Positions 22,550 through 33,849 of a stretch of DNA of 64,000 nt are shown here, one piece after another. The translations under genes and the position numbers were made by a program. The notes under the pieces are model-generated. The model was not told where the DNA came from, ran no database searches, and was given only the letters and a program-made list of their open reading frames with translations. Source of the DNA: Obrimoposthia wandeli (lineage: Eukaryota); contig CDROCS010000817.1 of NCBI GenBank assembly GCA_977020255.1, forward strand, positions 434,001 through 498,000. Reading direction: 5' to 3'. The stretch's first letter is position 1; every line of letters begins with the position of its first letter.

Positions 22550-25100
22550 TCATGCTGCATTTATCAGATAATGAATTAATCTTAAAGACGTATTGCAAAG
22601 TATGCAACATCAAATATGTAATCATTTTAGTGTATTTTTATAAGTTTGGTTATAGGACGAGGCCAATTTTATAAATAAAAATCAAGAAAATTTGAAACTT
22701 CTAAATACTGATATAACTAAACATGAAAGTGAAATAGAGATATCATGTGAAGATCAGGAAGTTGATGAAGAATTGAATGACTATGTGGATGAAGTTGAAT
22801 ATTATGAGGTTGGTGAATTTAACGATTATGTGGTAAATATTTTAAAGAATGTTAATGAAATGGAAACAACAGCTGAGAAATGTTTATCAGAAGCAGAAAT
22901 AATACGTAGGAGTGGGTAATATTTTCCTTGTTGATGCAGATGATTTCAACCTTTTAAGTCCGCGAAACTATTTAAAGGGCGCTTTAGCAGAAGATGTTTT
23001 GAAGCAATTAGAGAACGCCTTCATATCCAGTGTCAATCAGGAGTACATGGAGGTGAGATTTGACTGGATAATATGAACGTTATAATCCGGGTTAGTTAGG
23101 TTATGAGATTGGTAAATGTGTACGTAATATCCAATTTGGGGTGTGTGTGATTACCGTAACCTTCATCTGTAATTGTCTTACCAGGTTTCAGAAAGCTGTA
23201 ACGAATTCTCTTTCATTCCTCCAAGTGGTCGCCATTGTCATCTGTTGGTAAATGCGCGCTTGGGCGTGTTAGGCCTCATCTTTATTCAATCATTGTAACG
23301 ATCTGCGTCCATTATCATACAAAACCTTTTCATCACACGTTACGATTCCCTTAAGATGTAGGCCAGCTTTGTTTCTTGTATGATGAGATATATATACTTC
23401 TAATTTTTGCTTTTCCATTGTCGATTTTGTGGCCTTTTCCTTTCATTCCAATCTCGGGAAATGGTACTACGATCAACATCGGCAAGTTCCCGAAGGGTTT
23501 CATATGTTCTTTCCCCAACAAGAGCTATGCGATGATAAATTATCTACAGTAATAGTGAGCTATGAAACTTTCGTGGCTAAACGCGTAGGGCATATTCAAG
23601 AAGACAATTCTTGAACAATGGCGAATGTTCCATCTCAACAAAATCCAGCGGATATTTTGTTGAGATGGCAGTGACGCATTTCAATTTGCTAAAATTAAAT
23701 TATGGTGGCATGGACCAGAATTTCTAAGGATGACAAAATGATCAACTAGTTCGAGTTTTCAAAACAAGAGTGAATGTGCCGAAAGAAAGAAGCCTGTAAT
23801 ACTTTCATCACTTCAGTTTCAGATGATTTCCATTTGATGATTTATTCCAGTTTTAGTAGATTAGGGAGTTCGAGCTTGGACTATACGATTGATTAATAAT
23901 GGTAAAGTTAGAATGTGGAAACGGATGACTGGGGAATTAAGCCTCGAAGAATTATAATTTAGTGAAATAGAGATATTCAAAGAACATCAAAATAAATATT
24001 TAATCGGTTTGAAAAAGGAAAGAGATCAAACAAACTGTTGAAATTGAACCCAAATTTAGGTGATTATCTACTTATGCGATAAAACTCCAGATTAGTCCAC
24101 TCACAGTTTTTAGATTTTTTTCCCGAAATACCCCATAATTTTGTCAGGAAAAGGTTGGATAACTTGGCCATAAATCAAGGAGGAACTCGAGAAACATTAT
24201 GTGGAGGTTCAATATATATTAGACGTAATATAAGTCCGATTTATGATGCCAAAGATGAGACAACTTATCAGAAAATTGAGAAGCCATGTGTGTCCTGTAC
24301 CAAATTTAGAGCAAGGCCCATGTCTCAAATAATGACAATATTTCCCATATTTCGTTTCGAAGAACCATTACAAGCATTTCGCGGGACCATATTTGACCAA
24401 GCAAGGTAGAGAGAGAACACTTGAAAGACATCCGTTTTTTATTTACTTGTTTACAAACGAGAGCTGGAACTAGCTATGGCCTCGACTCTGACGCATTTGT
24501 TAGGGATTTGGAGTGATTTATATGTAGGCGTGGTCGAATAGATAGCTGTATATCAGATGATGCGGAGAATGTGGGAACTGAAGTTGATGGACTTAAGATA
24601 CAGAAGGAAATGGCAATCAACAGGATTAGATGGATATATAATCCACCCAGAGCACCACATTTTGGCGGAATTTTCGAGACTGGTAAAGTCGGTGAACCGA
24701 GCCATGCATAATTTCTTGAACACTGCCGAGGTTACGGATGAGGAATTAATCACAGTTTTGATAGAACAGCTGGTGAATTCAATACCAACTAGTTTGAAAG
24801 GAACAAGTGAAGGTGATTCTGAAGCGTTGACTCTAAACCATTCATCAAAAGCTCATTTGAAATTAAAATAGGACTAATGGGCCGTTGGAGGTTGATTCAA
24901 GAGCTTAACAAACATTTATGGAATCGATTTATGGAAGTAGTTCCACAATGAGTTGTCCATCATAAGTGGTATGAGAAATGAAAGAGGAACTTGGCTGTTA
25001 GGAATGTTTATCGAATTGATGTCAGATAGTGATGGTAAGGTTATGGTTGCGAGAATAAGAAGTCAGGGCAATTCAAAAGTTCTGATGGATAATTGCAGGT
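22550..25100 (+). pseudogene. BEL/Pao retrotransposon relic (gag N-terminal piece, RNase H, integrase), internally deleted
   Basis: Acidic gag-like 22692-22919; VPSQQNPADIL..LWWHGPEFL; KPCVSCTKFRARPMSQIM; LFTCLQTRA; IRWIYNPPRAPHFGGIFERLVKSV. Confidence 0.85.
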
Positions 25101-26499
25101 TAAGGTTTTGAGTGTAGAATTTAAGTATTAAGAGGCGGCGTTGAGATTAGCTTTGAAACGAGTAGTTTGTATGTTGGTGTGCGGAATATGGAGGATGATG
25201 ATCATGGAGGGACATGGTCGAAATTACTTATGCCATGTACTTATAGTATGGTTCAGCAAACTTGTGTTGGTCCAATCAAGCGGCCTTCGTGTTTAGACGC
25301 GTGCTGATGCGCTTGTTTATAGACAGGTATTGTGTGACCATTGTTAAGGTCGAGTTTCATAAGTAGATTCGAGGTTGTTTTGTTTATGATCTATGCGGTA
25401 AAGAAACGCCCTGTAGCAAATAGAAGACTGATTTGTAAAATCTTTATTTTTTAATTGTTGCCTTTTCGAAAATTTCGTTAGGAGGTGTGTTTTGTGCTAT
25501 GGATAATCCTCCGTTGGGTGTGACATCTAAGGATCCGAGAAAGGTAAAAACCTGCCATTTCCCATGCAGCCTTCTGAGGGGTCAGAGTGTCTTCCTGCTG
25601 AGGAGTGGGACGTGGAGTCGCAGTTCCATGACCTCTTCGATGCGTGGATCAAAGCAGGGTGGAGCTTGGGTCGTGTTCTTCGAACCTGCAACTGATGTAC
25701 ATATTGCTGAGGATTTCGGGGCTTTGAATAACCATCTGAGTCTTCTTTGACGAGAAAAGAGCTTTTCAACTATTGATCTCGGAAAAATTCCCACAATTTT
25801 AAAATCTTTTTCAACTAAACATAAACAATACCAAAATGTTTTTTGTGAACGCTTTCAATTTTTGACGGACAAGGTTATCGGTAATATTAATTAGAAAACT
25901 ACTATTGTATGTCTACATTATTTTAGTTTGTTCAAAAACGCAATCAAATATTTACAAAAAACTTAAATTTTGTGATTTTAAGATTACACATAGCCGGACT
26001 TAGGAAAAGCATTAAATAGAAAAATGTTTAAAATGCAAGTTTTATTTCTAGTTCATAATTTAGTTTAAAGCTGTTAAAGACCAAATTCAGAAAATATTTA
26101 TACCTTTAAAATTTTAGAAGGCCTAATATTTTGGGTTTTGAAAATTATTATCGAAAGTTTATAAACAGTTACACGAAATACTTGGTGGTTATATAAAACC
26201 TACTTATAAAAAATAAGAGGCTCCAAACACTTCATTCCATACAAATGCTGGAGCCAGGTCAAAAAATTGATTTTATAAATAATTAATTTTTATAACCCGC
26301 AATGGCTAAAACTACTACACTATGTTTCTCCATATCTCCCCTTTGACTTTATCCAGTCAACACAAGCAAGGCATGAAAACACAATTGCAAAGGCAGCAGC
26401 AAAACATAAAAATCAGATGCATCTGACAACTATTAAATCCGTCGAGAGACAGAAGACATGAACAAATTTTATTACCTTCATTTTTACAATAAACGGACT

Positions 26500-28789
26500 C
26501 TGAGTTCGAATTGCTGACAGCCCCACGATCAGAATCAAACTTTTGTTACAACAAATTCACTTCCTGAAAAAAGACGATCCATCCGCTGAGACATCTATGG
26601 AAAGGCACAGTGGCGACCTGGATCCCTAACCTTCAGTTAACTCAACCAATACGACAAAAGTGTCGTAGTACCCTCTTCACTTTCTTTCGGTTAATAAAGA
26701 AGCAACACGTCCCACTCCATTCGTTCCCTAAACAGTGTTAACTATCTTTTCCAAAGGCCATGCTCCACGTTCATTCTTTTTATCCAAAACCACGTCTCCT
26801 CTTTCCAACAGACTTTTCTCTTCAAATCTCCTCCATCTCGCGCGCAACCTTCCTGATAAATCTCTATAAAATTCAGTGGCTCAAATTAAAAAATGATTTT
26901 GTGTCAAAGCTTCACACTCCTTCTTTTCCATTTACTTTCTACCAATGGGCCATGAATTCACCAACTGCTCAACCTCTTTTAAATTGTCACCAACTCCTCG
27001 TAGGTCACATCTGATTCCAAAGCCCGAGCAATTATCTTTGCTAACTTTACTCCTACACTAGCCACCATTAACTGTAATCTCGGTATACTTATAACTTTTA
27101 ATGCTGAACCTTCGAATTGGCAGCAACAAATTCTAAACGACTTATAACATTTGTCTGTCTTAAATAAGTTACCGAACCATATGCATCTTTATACGCGTCG
27201 GAAAACACATGTATTTCCTCGCCTAGGCCCATTTTTCTAATTAAAGAATGTGGTATATTAACTGTTTCTAACTTTGCACAGCCTTCGATCCACTTTCTCG
27301 CATTCCTATCAATACTTTCTAAAACTTCTTTGTCCCATCCTACTCCCGAAGTCCAAAGCTCTTGCATTATTATCTTGGCTCGCATCAACAAAACACATTG
27401 GATCAAAAACATGAAATAACAAACTTACGAAATTTATTTTCGTTATCTTTTCAACCTTTGTTAACTCAATATTAAACTTAAATACATCTTCGTTACACGG
27501 CCAATTCATGCTGCCAAGTTCTTGTGATCTTCAATCTTTATCTTTGTGCTCTGTCCTCTTCAGATATTTCCGCCAACACGGATTTGCTAGTCGTTGCCCA
27601 TTTTCAGGTTACCCTTCTTGCTCTTTCCATAATTCTTTTAATTCTATCGTCAGGCCCAGTCCAGACTATCATCCATATAGGAAAACTTTAGCACTGTATC
27701 CGCAGTCCTCTGAAAAACTTCCTGATTAATTTCTGCATGATACCAACTGAGCCAAGAACGGTGATGTGTGAAATCCAAAAACTAAACGACAATACTCACA
27801 AGTACTAACATCTTCCATATCGTTACCCCATAAAAATCGGTGTCACAAACGATCTACTGATTTCAATGACACCTGTAAATACATTTCCGATATTTCACAA
27901 ACCATGCCATTTCAAACTTACGAAAACGCAAATATATAACAAATAAATCTTCTTGAAGTTTTTGTCCATCTTATATCTTGTCATTTAAAAAACTCCTTGG
28001 CACTTTTCGGTAGCGTCAAATACTATCCGAACTTTCATTGTTTCTTTATCTCTTCTTACTACTGGAAAATGCGGAATCAGCCACTTTGTATATTTTCTTT
28101 TTTCTACATTGATTTTTCATACATAACCTTTTTTGATTTGATCTTCTATTGTTGAGATGTATTCCCTTTTCAATTGTAGATTTATATTAAGTCTACGTTC
28201 AATTCCATATAACCGAGTTCTAGTCATTTCTTCATTAGTCAGGATGTTTTTCGAATCCTGCTTCCATGGTATTCTTACCATATATCTTCCATTTTTCAAC
28301 TAATTGTCTTATCCATGACATTCTTGTCATTAATCTACTGTTGTTCAAATAGGGAAATAAGTTCTTCTATTTACCAAAACTTTCTCACTTACTCTTCCAA
28401 TCGAGTGTCAGCATGAAATGTCTTTATAAAATTAGTAATGAAAATCTAATTGAATTTAAATTAGTCCGCTTTGGTTCCACCATCTTCCACTTAATCACTT
28501 GGAAATTCCCAGACACTTCCTTTACAGCCAACGCGTTAATCTTGTCTTTAACTTTATATCTATGTTCAAGATCGTTATATCTATAGGCATTGCGTTCATT
28601 CCCTCAGTCCATCCACCAATAACACTGACTGGAACCCAAGTAGATTTCCATTCAACTGCCATTCGCGCGCAATATCAAGACTTACATAACTTGTGGTGCT
28701 TGCGTCATCTAGTAGAGCATTTACCTGATGAGCTCTTTCTCTACTTTCTAATATAATTGGCACCGTCCACAACGTCATCACTTCTTGTC
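26500..28789 (-). pseudogene. BEL/Pao pol relic (protease, RT, RNase H); host of LTR element A
   Basis: ALLDDASTTSYVS protease; GRYMVRIPWKQD; IPHFPV..KVRIVFDA; FDPMCFV..RAKIIMQELWTSGVGWD; IHVFSDAYKDAYGSVTYLR; many stops. Confidence 0.88.
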
Positions 28790-28793
28790 GTAT

Positions 28794-30657
28794 TGTTGGG
28801 GTTTCTATACGAAACTTGGTACAGATCCTCTTATGTGCGGAGGGCCCCAACGTGAGTTCGATTAGAAGCAGGTCTTAAAGTTGGTCGTGGCCTACTTAGT
28901 GTTATGGTTGCCTAATCTCTTGTACTATCTGAAGGTATTTGATTTGATGTCTCTTATTCTGAAGGGTGCAAAACAACTTGTTCTAATGTAGGAAATTGTT
29001 TATTTGTAATTCACGTAACTAACACAACAATACGTTTATGTACGTATTTCTAAAAAGTATGATAAAATTCCTAGGACTTCTGTAAGTCTCTACAAGAAGT
29101 GGGGATGAACCACGTATCGATTTTACGTTCAGGTGATTAAGCTTTTAGGTTTATTCTTCTTACTTAGGTTGGTTAATCTATAACGCAACTCTCTTAAATT
29201 TCTTCGCTCCTACTTCTTATATCTAGATAAAGTTTCTTGATTCCTTAACTCTATCTGCTGTGTGTTTGACCCCGAATTGTCCACTGTGAACAATGGGTCT
29301 CCTAAAAACCTAATTGTCAAAGATGACAATGAAAACTTACTCCGAATTGTCAACTACGGACAATGAATGAACCGAATTGTCAGCTAGGGACAATGAGTCT
29401 TACCGAATTGTCAACTAGGGACAATGAGTATTTGTCCGAATTGTCAACTAGGGACAATGAATGAACCGAATTGTCAGCTAGGGACAATGAGTCTTACGGA
29501 AAAAAGTCTGGTATAATTCCTAATTGTCGCTGGGGACAATGAATAAAATAGATGATCTTAATTGCCAACTAGGGACAATGATTAGGTTAATGAGTCAGCA
29601 ATCCTAATTGCCAGCTAGGGGCAATGAATGTGTTTACTAGGTTAAAATTTAGAATTACCAACAAGGGGTAATGAAGGTATCCTAATTGCCAACTAGGGGC
29701 AATGAATGCTCTAGTCGGTTGGCTTACCAATACGCTGCGACTAGTGCGGCTTCCGGTGCAGGATCCGTATGGAGCGCTTGCGAGTCTGGCGGAACCGTCC
29801 TCAAAGTCAACTGTAGCTTTCGACTTCTTCCGCGCTTTTCACTTCTTTCGAACCTTTCAATCTGGATACCGACTCGACTTTCAACACTGATTCGATATTC
29901 AAATATTGGTTCAACTTCAATTTCGGATTCGATATTTCAATATTGGTTCAACTTCAATTACGGATTCGATATTACAATTTGGTTCAACTTCAATTACGGA
30001 TTCGATATTACAATTTGGTTCAACTTCAATTACGGATTCGATATTACAATTTGGTTCAACTTCAATTACGGATTCGATATTACAATTTGGTTCAACTTTT
30101 CACACTGATCTAAATAATTTTAACTCTACCTATTCCCAATCACCACTTACCGATTCGTGGTCGAGGGGATTGTCTTCTGTCTAATTGCTTCTTCTTTTTT
30201 CCAGTCGACTCTGTAGTTGATTCCGTATTTGTGTTTTCTGTTTTGGCGATCTGCCTTATATAGAGGCAAGTCTGTCAATCAAATCGACAGCTGCTTAATG
30301 GTCGCGGGAATTCACTTGAATTCTTCTGGAATATATCTGAAATTTATTAACCTTATTGCACTTAAAATGTGCTTACCTTTTCCTGATTGACGTCTCTTAA
30401 TTGACGTTTCTAATTGATCCTTTTTTCTGTAATTAATTCTAAATTGTTCGCTTTTTGGGTTAATTAATTCAACTTATATACATCTCACATTATACACGAC
30501 CTTCGTGGTCCTCCTAATTTTTACCCTAACTTCCACTAATTTCAATTCTAAAACTAAAATTAATATTTAATTTAATTTTCAACCTTGCTTTCAAGGATTT
30601 TTATTTTAGTATTTAATCGACTAAAATATTTAAATTTCTTAATTCTCAAACCTAACA
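28794..30657 (-). repeat. 3' LTR of element A (1864 bp)
   Basis: Direct repeat of 37571-39435; by eye only two substitutions and one 1-bp indel; contains a degenerate ~30-bp array (29270-29700) and a 36-bp array (~29905-30100). Confidence 0.96.
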
Positions 30658-30876
30658 TACCTCGGGGGTTCCAAAAAAGTTACGTCCCCGGAACGTATCG
30701 ATTTTACTTATACAAGCCTCTGGCTGTTGATTTTAGGTTCATCCCTACAAAATCAATCATTCAACTTCAACAAACATGCCCAAAACAAAATTTCTCAAAA
30801 TCCCGGTTTTTAGTGGGAAACATAATGTATAATTTGGAGCAAGTCTCAAACCATACATTATTACTTATACACAAAA

Positions 30877-33834
30877 CTACATGAGTAAACAAGGATTAGG
30901 AAGGAAAGAAGGGAGGAAAGGATTCAACGTTGTCAATTGTCGTAAGTTAGGTCTATTGTAATTGTCGGCTGGTTCCGACTGGCCAGGTAACGTTATCCAT
31001 AGATTATTCGTCATCTGATATTCAGGTGCCATTATATTAGAGCAGCTGATTTCTTTAGTTGGAGTGTCTTTTGGAAGTAACATTCTCGTGATTGGTTCAA
31101 CAAAAAGATCTTTTAAATTATACGTTACTGCCAATTCACTCGTACATCGATCTGTTTTCCTCAACTGTACCTCTACTTTATTACACTTGTAAGTATACAA
31201 TACTTCTCCCATGGTTTTAGCAAATACTCCTTCATCCAAGGGTAATAATGGTGCTACCATGTCTGGATTCGTAATAGCTAATGCTAACTTTGTTCTTACG
31301 ATCTCTTTGTTTAGCTGGCAATCTCTTTCGATCATCATCCGATATAACTGTTCCATTTGCATCAATCCTTTATGATAATAGAAATCAATTTTATTATTAA
31401 AATACGTGTGTAGCTGCATATCTTTAGGTTTTAGCTTGGTTTCTGCCAATGCTATTGCTTCTTTGGACAAAACTATTCCTGGATAGTTTGTAGTACTAAC
31501 AGTCATTCCGCATCGCGCTTTGTTTTTCTTTTTAATAAATATCAATCCTTCTTCTATTGATGTTGCCATTAATAGTGTAGGTGTTTTTGTCATTGGAATT
31601 GGTCTTGTTTCATTGAGCAATCCCTTTCCAACTTTATTATACAGGAATCCTTCTCCATCTTTATTATACAGGAATCCTTTTATTTTTTTAAAGCTAATAT
31701 CTTTCAAAAATACTAAAGAGCATTGCTTCGGATTTATGTTATACACAATTGTGGATTCGCCTGTGAAACAAGATGTATCTGTCATTTTACATTCTGGATA
31801 CTTCATCATTAGTTGTGTCTTTTTATCAAAATTGGCGGTCCATGTTTTTAATTCGATTTTGTAAGTTACATCCATTACTAACTCGGCTACTTTGGTTCCA
31901 CGCACGTTTTTTGTTTCTCCGTCACAAGATCCATCGGCCCATCGTTGTCCGACTCTCGTGACTGTTTCGTATCGTCTCACTCCAATTTTTACATCAGGTT
32001 TGTAATTCTTGTCTACCTCTATCGTTCCCGTTCGAAATGCGTCTTCGCAATCTCTCGGCAAAACCTTATGTGCCTTGTACGGTGTGGTAGGTGTGATTTC
32101 TGACATAAAACTTCTATGGCCACAATAGAATTCGTGATAACTTGAATGGATTGAACATTCTTTCACTTCTACTTGTACTTTATCAACATCCTGATACACA
32201 AAGTAGTTTTCAACACCTTTAACTTCTAGTTTTGACGGTTGTGACTCTGGACAGTCTTCGCTGTCAAGCAGTGAATACTTTTGTCCCATCTTTGGTATGC
32301 TACAGTCGTATGCTATCAATCCTGATGCCTGTTGCATTCCCATAAACATTACTAACATCATCATCATCATTGTTGTGGACATATTTGGTTGATTGTTTCT
32401 CTCTTTCGGACGGTATTGTTTATTTTCCTTTTGACGATTCTCATGACATTGTTCGTCATCGTCTTCATTCATTTCCACAATGGTTTTAGCGTAGTCACTT
32501 AATTTTGCCCAACCTCCGTTTTCGTCAATTCGTCTCTGTAATACATTCTCTATCAAGTACATCGCTTCATTTATTCCTTGTTTGACTTCGTGAGGTTGGC
32601 TCGTTCGTTCCGTCAATTGGAAACATAGATATGTGATCGCTGTAATTAACTTTTTATTTGTAGTCTGGTTTCCACATAGTCTCGCTAAAACTTCACCGTC
32701 ATAAAATCTATCTATCGATGCATGGTATACATGATTCGCAGTCATTCTCTTTACTGCAGACATCTGTGATCTGACTGCTTTAGTCAAATTGTCTGTTATA
32801 TCGGTTGTTTCATCTCTGTACATTTTAAACAACTTCGGCTTCACTTGCCTGAGAATTCCCGTAAGTATATCTTTACTACTTGGAGTTTCCGAATTCATAT
32901 CACCTCTGATATCTTCATTCCTCTCTGCACTATACTGCTCTAATGACGCTGCTAACTGTCCAATACTTAGATGTCTCTCTTCATCAGTTTGTGGTGCAGT
33001 TAGAACATTTCGTAATATACTTTCGCCTTTTCTAGGTCTTCCAGGTCCTCTTCGAAAATACTGATACTCAGCTTGATTCTCTCCTGGATCATACGTTTCA
33101 CCATTATACTGTATATCTTGACTTGGTCCTTCTTCATGGCCAATCTCTTCATTTTGTCGCATCATTTGCTCTGCTTGTCTATCTTTGTATGCAGCATGCC
33201 AAATTGGTGAGTCCAAATCTACAATCTCGGAGACTTCGTCTTCTCCTACTAGTTGGGTTACGGTTTCGTTTTGTCGCACTTGGTTAGCTGTATCCGTGAC
33301 TTCATCTTGTCTGATTGGAATTATATCTGGTTCTGGTGGCACCTCGACCACTGGAGTTGTCAACTCATTTTCTAAATTCATGTCTTGTAATTCAGCTACG
33401 TACGGTTCTGGTGTGGATGTCTTGTTCCAAGCTTCAGCTACATCATTATCTCCGCTTTCGCTTGAACTGTCTAAAATTTCTATAGGCGTTTTTATCATTT
33501 CTAACGCAGAATTCAATATCTCGGTTAATCCTTCATTATCTACTAACTCTTGACGTCCTACAGTGATGACATCAATTTTTTCCTCTAATTCATTTCCTAT
33601 CGGATATCCACACTCGACTGGTACGTCCTCATCATCTAGTGATCTCCCTTTATAATGGAACAACATATTCATTCCATCAATTTCGAGTTTCTCGGCCAAT
33701 TTTTTTCGAATCGTTTTCATTGTTTGATACACGTTAGGTTTTTCATGTATTATCTGTCCGGAAATTAATCGAAGTGAAATTTTCATCGTTCCTTTTTGGT
33801 TTGATTTCTGTACATAACGACCATAACCTTTCAA
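30877..33834 (-). CDS. Multidomain ORF: ubiquitin-like domain, acidic linker, AT-hook, Bcl-2-like domain, internal signal sequence, truncated class III fusion glycoprotein
   Basis: 985 open codons, first ATG at 33786. Ubl MKISLRLISGQ..LFHYKGRSLDDED; RRGPGRPRK; LQRRIDENGGWAKLSDY; MMMMMLVMFMGMQQASG then LIAYDC..FYCGHRS..DGSCDG..MGEVLYTYKC..LFVEPITRML, a Cys and motif pattern like chuvirus-type G proteins. Confidence 0.88.
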   Translation of the reverse strand: MKGYGRYVQKSNQKGTMKISLRLISGQIIHEKPNVYQTMKTIRKKLAEKLEIDGMNMLFHYKGRSLDDEDVPVECGYPIGNELEEKIDVITVGRQELVDNEGLTEILNSALEMIKTPIEILDSSSESGDNDVAEAWNKTSTPEPYVAELQDMNLENELTTPVVEVPPEPDIIPIRQDEVTDTANQVRQNETVTQLVGEDEVSEIVDLDSPIWHAAYKDRQAEQMMRQNEEIGHEEGPSQDIQYNGETYDPGENQAEYQYFRRGPGRPRKGESILRNVLTAPQTDEERHLSIGQLAASLEQYSAERNEDIRGDMNSETPSSKDILTGILRQVKPKLFKMYRDETTDITDNLTKAVRSQMSAVKRMTANHVYHASIDRFYDGEVLARLCGNQTTNKKLITAITYLCFQLTERTSQPHEVKQGINEAMYLIENVLQRRIDENGGWAKLSDYAKTIVEMNEDDDEQCHENRQKENKQYRPKERNNQPNMSTTMMMMMLVMFMGMQQASGLIAYDCSIPKMGQKYSLLDSEDCPESQPSKLEVKGVENYFVYQDVDKVQVEVKECSIHSSYHEFYCGHRSFMSEITPTTPYKAHKVLPRDCEDAFRTGTIEVDKNYKPDVKIGVRRYETVTRVGQRWADGSCDGETKNVRGTKVAELVMDVTYKIELKTWTANFDKKTQLMMKYPECKMTDTSCFTGESTIVYNINPKQCSLVFLKDISFKKIKGFLYNKDGEGFLYNKVGKGLLNETRPIPMTKTPTLLMATSIEEGLIFIKKKNKARCGMTVSTTNYPGIVLSKEAIALAETKLKPKDMQLHTYFNNKIDFYYHKGLMQMEQLYRMMIERDCQLNKEIVRTKLALAITNPDMVAPLLPLDEGVFAKTMGEVLYTYKCNKVEVQLRKTDRCTSELAVTYNLKDLFVEPITRMLLPKDTPTKEISCSNIMAPEYQMTNNLWITLPGQSEPADNYNRPNLRQLTTLNPFLPSFLPNPCLLM

Positions 33835-33849
33835 TAATCCTCGGGGTAC

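Noticed and set aside
25487-25794. GC-richer ORF cluster
   Set aside because: No recognisable motif in any frame; probably a TE fragment between two BEL relics.
30898-30922. Strong polypurine run near the 3' LTR as the PPT
   Set aside because: It is on the antisense strand and about 240 bp from the LTR.
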